In this document: positions 59,968 through 64,000 of the stretch, piece by piece
Layout: every line of letters begins with the position of its first letter
Numbering within the stretch: the stretch's first letter is position 1
NCBI GenBank assembly: GCA_964429815.1
Contig: CAYSCM010000001.1
Location: 288,001 to 352,000 of the forward strand
From: an uncultured Candidatus Saccharibacteria bacterium
GTDB taxonomy: Bacteria > Patescibacteriota > Minisyncoccia > Phycocordibacterales > CAYSCM01
Direction of reading: 5' to 3'
Length of the DNA: 64,000 nucleotides
Made by a program: the position numbers and the translations under genes
Notes under the pieces: model-generated
What the model was told of the DNA's origin: nothing
Seen by the model: the letters and a program-made list of their open reading frames with translations, nothing else
Database searches by the model: none

Positions 59968-60594
59968 ATGCATATGCCACAAGTCGCTGCATCAAAAAAA
60001 GAGAACGTGCCAACGTCACTCATTGATACGTTCAAAGAACGTAACATTGAAGTGATGCTCATCAAAGGTCGGGAGGGGGCGCTTGAAAAAATTAAAGAGT
60101 TGATTCCGGCAGGAGCGTCGGTGATGAATGGCACTTCGAGGACTCTCGAAGAGATCGGGTATATCGATTATCTGAAATCGGGCAAACATAGCTGGCGCAA
60201 TCTCCACGAGGAGATTTTGAAAGAAAGTGATCCGGCAAAGCAGGCGCGCCTGCGCAAGGAGGCATCGATCGCCGACTATTACCTCGGGAGCGTACATGCG
60301 CTCACGGGGGAGGGGGAGTTCCTCATAGCTTCTGCCTCTGGAAGCCAGCTTCCGGGCGTTGTGTTCAATGCCAGCAACCTGATTTTCGTAGTAGGAAAAC
60401 AGAAAATAGTCCCCGATCTGGCAGCCGCATTTAAACGCCTCAAAGAATACGTTGTTCCGCTTGAAGATGCACGCATGAAAAAGGCGCATGGCATAGGCAC
60501 GCTTCATTCGAAGACCTTACTATTTCACCGGGAAGCTCCGTTTACCGGACGCAAGGTTTACCTACTCCTCGTCGACGAAGAGCTTGGGTTTTAG
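59968..60594 (+). CDS. LUD-domain (LutC/DUF162-like) protein
   Basis: Lactate-utilisation LUD domain pattern. Divergent from the HxlR regulator. Confidence 0.45.
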   Translation: MHMPQVAASKKENVPTSLIDTFKERNIEVMLIKGREGALEKIKELIPAGASVMNGTSRTLEEIGYIDYLKSGKHSWRNLHEEILKESDPAKQARLRKEASIADYYLGSVHALTGEGEFLIASASGSQLPGVVFNASNLIFVVGKQKIVPDLAAAFKRLKEYVVPLEDARMKKAHGIGTLHSKTLLFHREAPFTGRKVYLLLVDEELGF

Positions 60595-60674
60595 TCCGCC
60601 AAGCACTCACTAGTGCCGGCATAACCTCGCCCATGTTGCTCCGCACGATTGCTGCGGCAGAGGTATACTTTGTG

Positions 60675-61919
60675 TATGGCTAAAGTATGGCTTGGCGTTA
60701 TCGGCCTCGTCATTTTGGGAGGGGCTTTTTGGGGATTACGGCATGAATTGTCCGCACCTGCTTCGACCGACCAAAATAATCAAGCCCAAAAAATTTCCTC
60801 GCTGCAGCCGACACTGAATTCGAATACGCAAACAAAAACCACCGAGACCTCATCCTCCCATCGCGCAACAGGTGGCGCACCCCTTAGCCAAAGCGAGCTC
60901 TTGGCACTCGCAGACAACAAGTATAGTAACGGTGCGATACCCCTTGGCGATTATAAGTACATCACCTCCGGGCCCAAGAAGGGCTACATCTACCTCTGTC
61001 GCGCCATGGGCGGAGGCGGTGGCGCGCAGGCGAATGGTCCGTGGATCCACGGAAGTACTTGGAATCCGAGCGAGAAGATTGCCGTACGCGGAGCAATCGT
61101 TTGGCCGAATGCGACATTTTCAAACATCATCTCCGGTGCCAGTCGCATTCTCTCGGGGAATGGACTCCCCGTCGGCTACACAACCGGGGTATTCCCGATT
61201 TCCGCAAGCGACCCCGCGTATGCTTACGATAGGAACCCTAACTCCATTTCAGCGCAGTCTTTGTTGAAGACCCTTCCGGAAAATCCCGCGTACAGCGATT
61301 CGCCCTACTGCATGGGCGGGGAAGTGGGCATCATGCTCTCGGGGTGCCGCTTTTCAATGGATTTGATGCGGACACGCGGGATGCCGTCGCGCATGAGGTG
61401 CAAGATTCTTGTGGCGGCCATCCGGAGAGGACCGGACAGTACCACTACCACGGGCTCTCGGCTTGTTTTAAGGACACGAATGTTTCGACCGTGCTCGGCT
61501 ATGCACTCGACGGCTTTCCGATAACCGGTGGCACGGTCGCAGCGAATGCCTACCTCACGACCGAGAACCTCGACGAATGTCATGGACTAGTGAGCGACGT
61601 CGTCATAGATGGAGAGGTGCGGACGACCTATCACTACGTGTTGACGCCAGATTTTCCCTACTCCGCAAGCTGTTTCCGGGGGAAACCGGTGTCACTTATG
61701 ACCGGGGGAGCGGGAGCGTCGGGTTCTCAGATAACACCAATAAGCCAGCCTTCGCAGAGCACGAGAGGCATCCCGGGGCAACCACCTCAAGAAGCTATCA
61801 GTGCTTGTATCGGTAAGTACTCAGGCATGTCGTGCTCTTTCACCTCATCTTACGGCGACATCATCTCCGGCAACTGCGCCACGCCGCCTGGCTCGCAGCT
61901 CGCTTGTGTTCCGCAATGA
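60675..61919 (+). pseudogene. YHYH-family secreted protein gene with a frameshift in a G4 run (61341-61344)
   Basis: Upstream frame ends ...CMGGEVGIMLSG. The downstream frame continues VPLFNGFDA...CGGHPE...YHYHG. One extra G would restore a single ORF. TATACT 60663-60668. Confidence 0.55.
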
Positions 61920-62461
61920 ACCTGGACCTTACGCTATTTCGTGCCATAAACGACCTCGCTGGTTCGTCGCGCTTCCTCGATTACGTCGCAATTTTTTTCG
62001 CAGAGTACTCTCAATATCTCTGGGTCGTCGTACTCGCGGGGTTTTTCGACATTCCTTCAAAACGCCTTAGCGAACATCGTGACATGGTGACGCTCGCGCT
62101 CGTCGCGGCCCTCACGGCGCGTTTCGCTATCAAGCCGCTCATCGCTTTCTTTTATGCGCGACCGCGTCCTTTCGAAGCCCTCTCTGGCGTGCACCAACTT
62201 ATCCCACTCATCGGTGGAAGTGGCTATTCGTTCCCCTCCGGTCACACACTCTTTTTCTTTGCAATAGCGACCGTACTTATCCGCTTTAATCGACGAGCGG
62301 GAACCATCGCTTTCATTGCCGCAACCCTTATGACGCTTTCCCGCATCTACGCAGGAGTCCACTACCCAAGCGATGTTCTCGCGGGAGCGATCATCGGCAT
62401 CGTGGTCGGATTGGCGACGGTTGCCCTGTATCGACGCTACGCCGCGCCTGCGCGCACGTAA
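61916..62461 (+). CDS. PAP2-family phosphatase (undecaprenyl-diphosphatase-like)
   Basis: KxxxxxxRP, PSGH, SRIYAGVHYPSDV motifs. Confidence 0.7.
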   Translation: MNLDLTLFRAINDLAGSSRFLDYVAIFFAEYSQYLWVVVLAGFFDIPSKRLSEHRDMVTLALVAALTARFAIKPLIAFFYARPRPFEALSGVHQLIPLIGGSGYSFPSGHTLFFFAIATVLIRFNRRAGTIAFIAATLMTLSRIYAGVHYPSDVLAGAIIGIVVGLATVALYRRYAAPART

Positions 62462-62595
62462 GACCCTTCTTCTCGTGAAGGTCCACGAGGGCCTCTCTCC
62501 CAGTGACGGCGTATTTTTAACCTTCCGTTCATGGGAGCTTTGGTTTGATGAGGATGGTCGACATTAGCGGCCAGCCTATCCGCACAGCATAGCGT

Positions 62596-62781
62596 ATGCA
62601 TGGAAACGGGGCGCACAACTCACGAAAAAAGAAACGTGGATTCGCGGCGATGGACAAGGAGTTACAGCGTAAAATCGCCAGCAAAGGGGGGAAAAGCCAG
62701 GGCAAGGAGAACAATCCCGGCAACTTCGCCAATAATCCCGAACGCGCCAGCGTCGCTGGCCGCAAAGGGGGCCAGTCGTAA
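62596..62781 (+). CDS. KGG-repeat stress-induced protein (YciG-like)
   Basis: KGG...GNFANNPERA...GRKGGQ repeats. Confidence 0.5.
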   Translation: MHGNGAHNSRKKKRGFAAMDKELQRKIASKGGKSQGKENNPGNFANNPERASVAGRKGGQS

Positions 62782-62786
62782 GCCAA

Positions 62787-62817
62787 AAAAACACGCCACG
62801 TGTGGCGTGTTTTTTTG
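62787..62817. terminator. strong bidirectional intrinsic terminator
   Basis: acacgccacgtgtggcgtgt palindrome flanked by A7 and T7. Confidence 0.65.
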
Positions 62818-62910
62818 GGTGATTTTAATACGCGGAGAAAAATTCACGCTACCTTTAGCGACGCCGTGAGAGACTTCAGAGCATAAGTTACTAACCTAAC
62901 AAGAAAAAGT

Positions 62911-63063
62911 TATGCTCATAACCATCGCGGTCATTCTCCTCATCCTCTGGCTCCTAGGCGTAATAGGCGTCTACACCATCGGCTGGTTCATCCATATTCT
63001 TCTCGTCGTCGCCGTCATACTTTTTCTCGTACGCATCATTCAGGGAAAAAATCCGCTCACCTA
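62911..63063 (+). CDS. lmo0937-family small membrane protein (50 aa)
   Basis: MLITIAVILLILWLLG...IHILLVVAVILFLV pattern, typical of the family. Not in the ORF track (short). Confidence 0.45.
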
Positions 63064-63151
63064 AGAATCGGATGAAAGGTTTTTGTTCGAGAAGATGATC
63101 TCGGCTAACGGTTCACCTACCCTTCATGACGGCTCCTGGTACAATGCGGCG

Positions 63152-63790
63152 ATGAATCCGCATGCACGAGGAGGAATTCTCGGTATCGTCCTTGTGCTCG
63201 TGCTGTGCTCAAGCATTGCGGCGTATGTTCTCTTTCGCAGCGGGCTCGTCGAGACCGGGGGAGAGGGAGTGTTTGAGACAGGTCCATGCGAACTGATCGC
63301 GATGGTGACGACGACCGTCTACGCAAGGCCTGACAGGGACGCCTCCGTATCGGGGTTTCTCTCGTCGCAAGAAAAAGTAGGCGTCTCCGGCATAACTGCC
63401 AAAGGTTGGTTCGGCTTCGATCCCGGAGTTGCCCACACGGTATCTATCGGTCCGTTCCGACTGCGCTACATTGCACCGGACACAGGTGCCCGCCTCTCCG
63501 GAAACTGCGCTGACGTACCCACAGTGATCACACTTCCTCCGTTCGTGTGTTTTACTATGGCCGGAACGGTAACTCCCATATACTCACGTCGCTCCTCGAC
63601 CTCTTCCATCGTCGCGGTCATGCACCTCGGCGATTATGTCGAGGTGACCGGCAAGACCGACGTTGAAGGCGCTCATGATTTCGTCCGGGTGGACTCGCGA
63701 GAAGGGAGTCTGCCAGGGGATATAGTCGGGTGGGTAGAAGGCTCCTCCACCAACCTCAATGGCGCTTGCGGGCGACTGCCGCACCTCTAA
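63152..63790 (+). CDS. membrane-anchored hypothetical protein
   Basis: TACAAT 5 nt before the ATG. N-terminal transmembrane segment. Confidence 0.3.
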   Translation: MNPHARGGILGIVLVLVLCSSIAAYVLFRSGLVETGGEGVFETGPCELIAMVTTTVYARPDRDASVSGFLSSQEKVGVSGITAKGWFGFDPGVAHTVSIGPFRLRYIAPDTGARLSGNCADVPTVITLPPFVCFTMAGTVTPIYSRRSSTSSIVAVMHLGDYVEVTGKTDVEGAHDFVRVDSREGSLPGDIVGWVEGSSTNLNGACGRLPHL

Positions 63791-64000
63791 CTTAGAAAAA
63801 AGAGGTGATATATGACGCGTACGAACGGGTCTATGTCCGGCCCGTAGACGATAGCCGTACCGAAACCTCCGGTTATCGTGATGGTGATAAGACCCGCGAC
63901 CGAAAGAAAGATGCGCAGGGGAGGATACTGCAAGATTTTCTCGAGCCTTGCAAGACATAGCCCCGCCCATCTTGAAAAGAATTTCGAATAACGCTCCTCA

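Larger units (their letters stand above)
48335..60600. mobile_element. lower-GC genomic island downstream of tRNA-Gln (recombinase, R-M, unknown module, prophage-like genes). Distal boundary approximate.
   Basis: GC drops to ~45%. A large serine recombinase lies next to the tRNA 3' end. Defence and phage-type gene content. Confidence 0.45.

Overview
This window is a high-GC (~58-60%) bacterial chromosome segment whose gene content and organisation resemble a Candidate Phyla Radiation / Parcubacteria-like monoderm; that taxonomic reading is inference. Housekeeping content follows.

Start to ~5 kb: ndk, a beta-CASP RNase, and infC-rpmI-rplT.

~6.8-12.9 kb: smpB-ssrA (tmRNA), ftsH and recG.

~19.4-32.4 kb: a complete type IV pilus/competence locus, comprising comF, pilM/N/O, pilB, a stand-alone REC protein, pilT, pilC, three pilin paralogs, pilD and four minor pilins. 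No secretin is present.

~32.4-48.3 kb: ligA, gatCA, prfB, ftsEX and pyrG.

RNA genes: eight tRNAs (Ile-TAT, Ser, two CAT, Asp, two Thr, Gln) and one tmRNA.

The most interesting parts are three lower-GC (~43-47%) accessory regions:

- ~15.6-19.1 kb next to tRNA-Ser. Five unrelated small genes are each followed by a conserved ~65-nt attC-like element with integron-style geometry. No integrase is evident.
- ~48.3-60.6 kb downstream of tRNA-Gln. It carries a large serine recombinase, an overlapping adenine-MTase / DUF262-HNH nuclease pair, a translationally coupled two-gene module of unknown function (235 aa + 998 aa), an XRE regulator, a PD-(D/E)xK nuclease, and prophage-like genes (TerS-like, ParB-MTase).
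- ~5.5-6.6 kb beyond a duplicated tmRNA 3' end.

Other notable points:

- Widespread leaderless-type promoters, with TATACT 6-10 nt before the start codon.
- A candidate ~185-nt ncRNA between ndk and the RNase gene.
- A structured repeat family abutting tRNA 3' ends.
- Tandem pilin duplication with a 323-bp identical block.
- Tyr/Ser/Gln-rich tails on two minor pilins.
- A homopolymer frameshift in a YHYH-family gene.
- An in-frame amber codon in a P-loop kinase gene.
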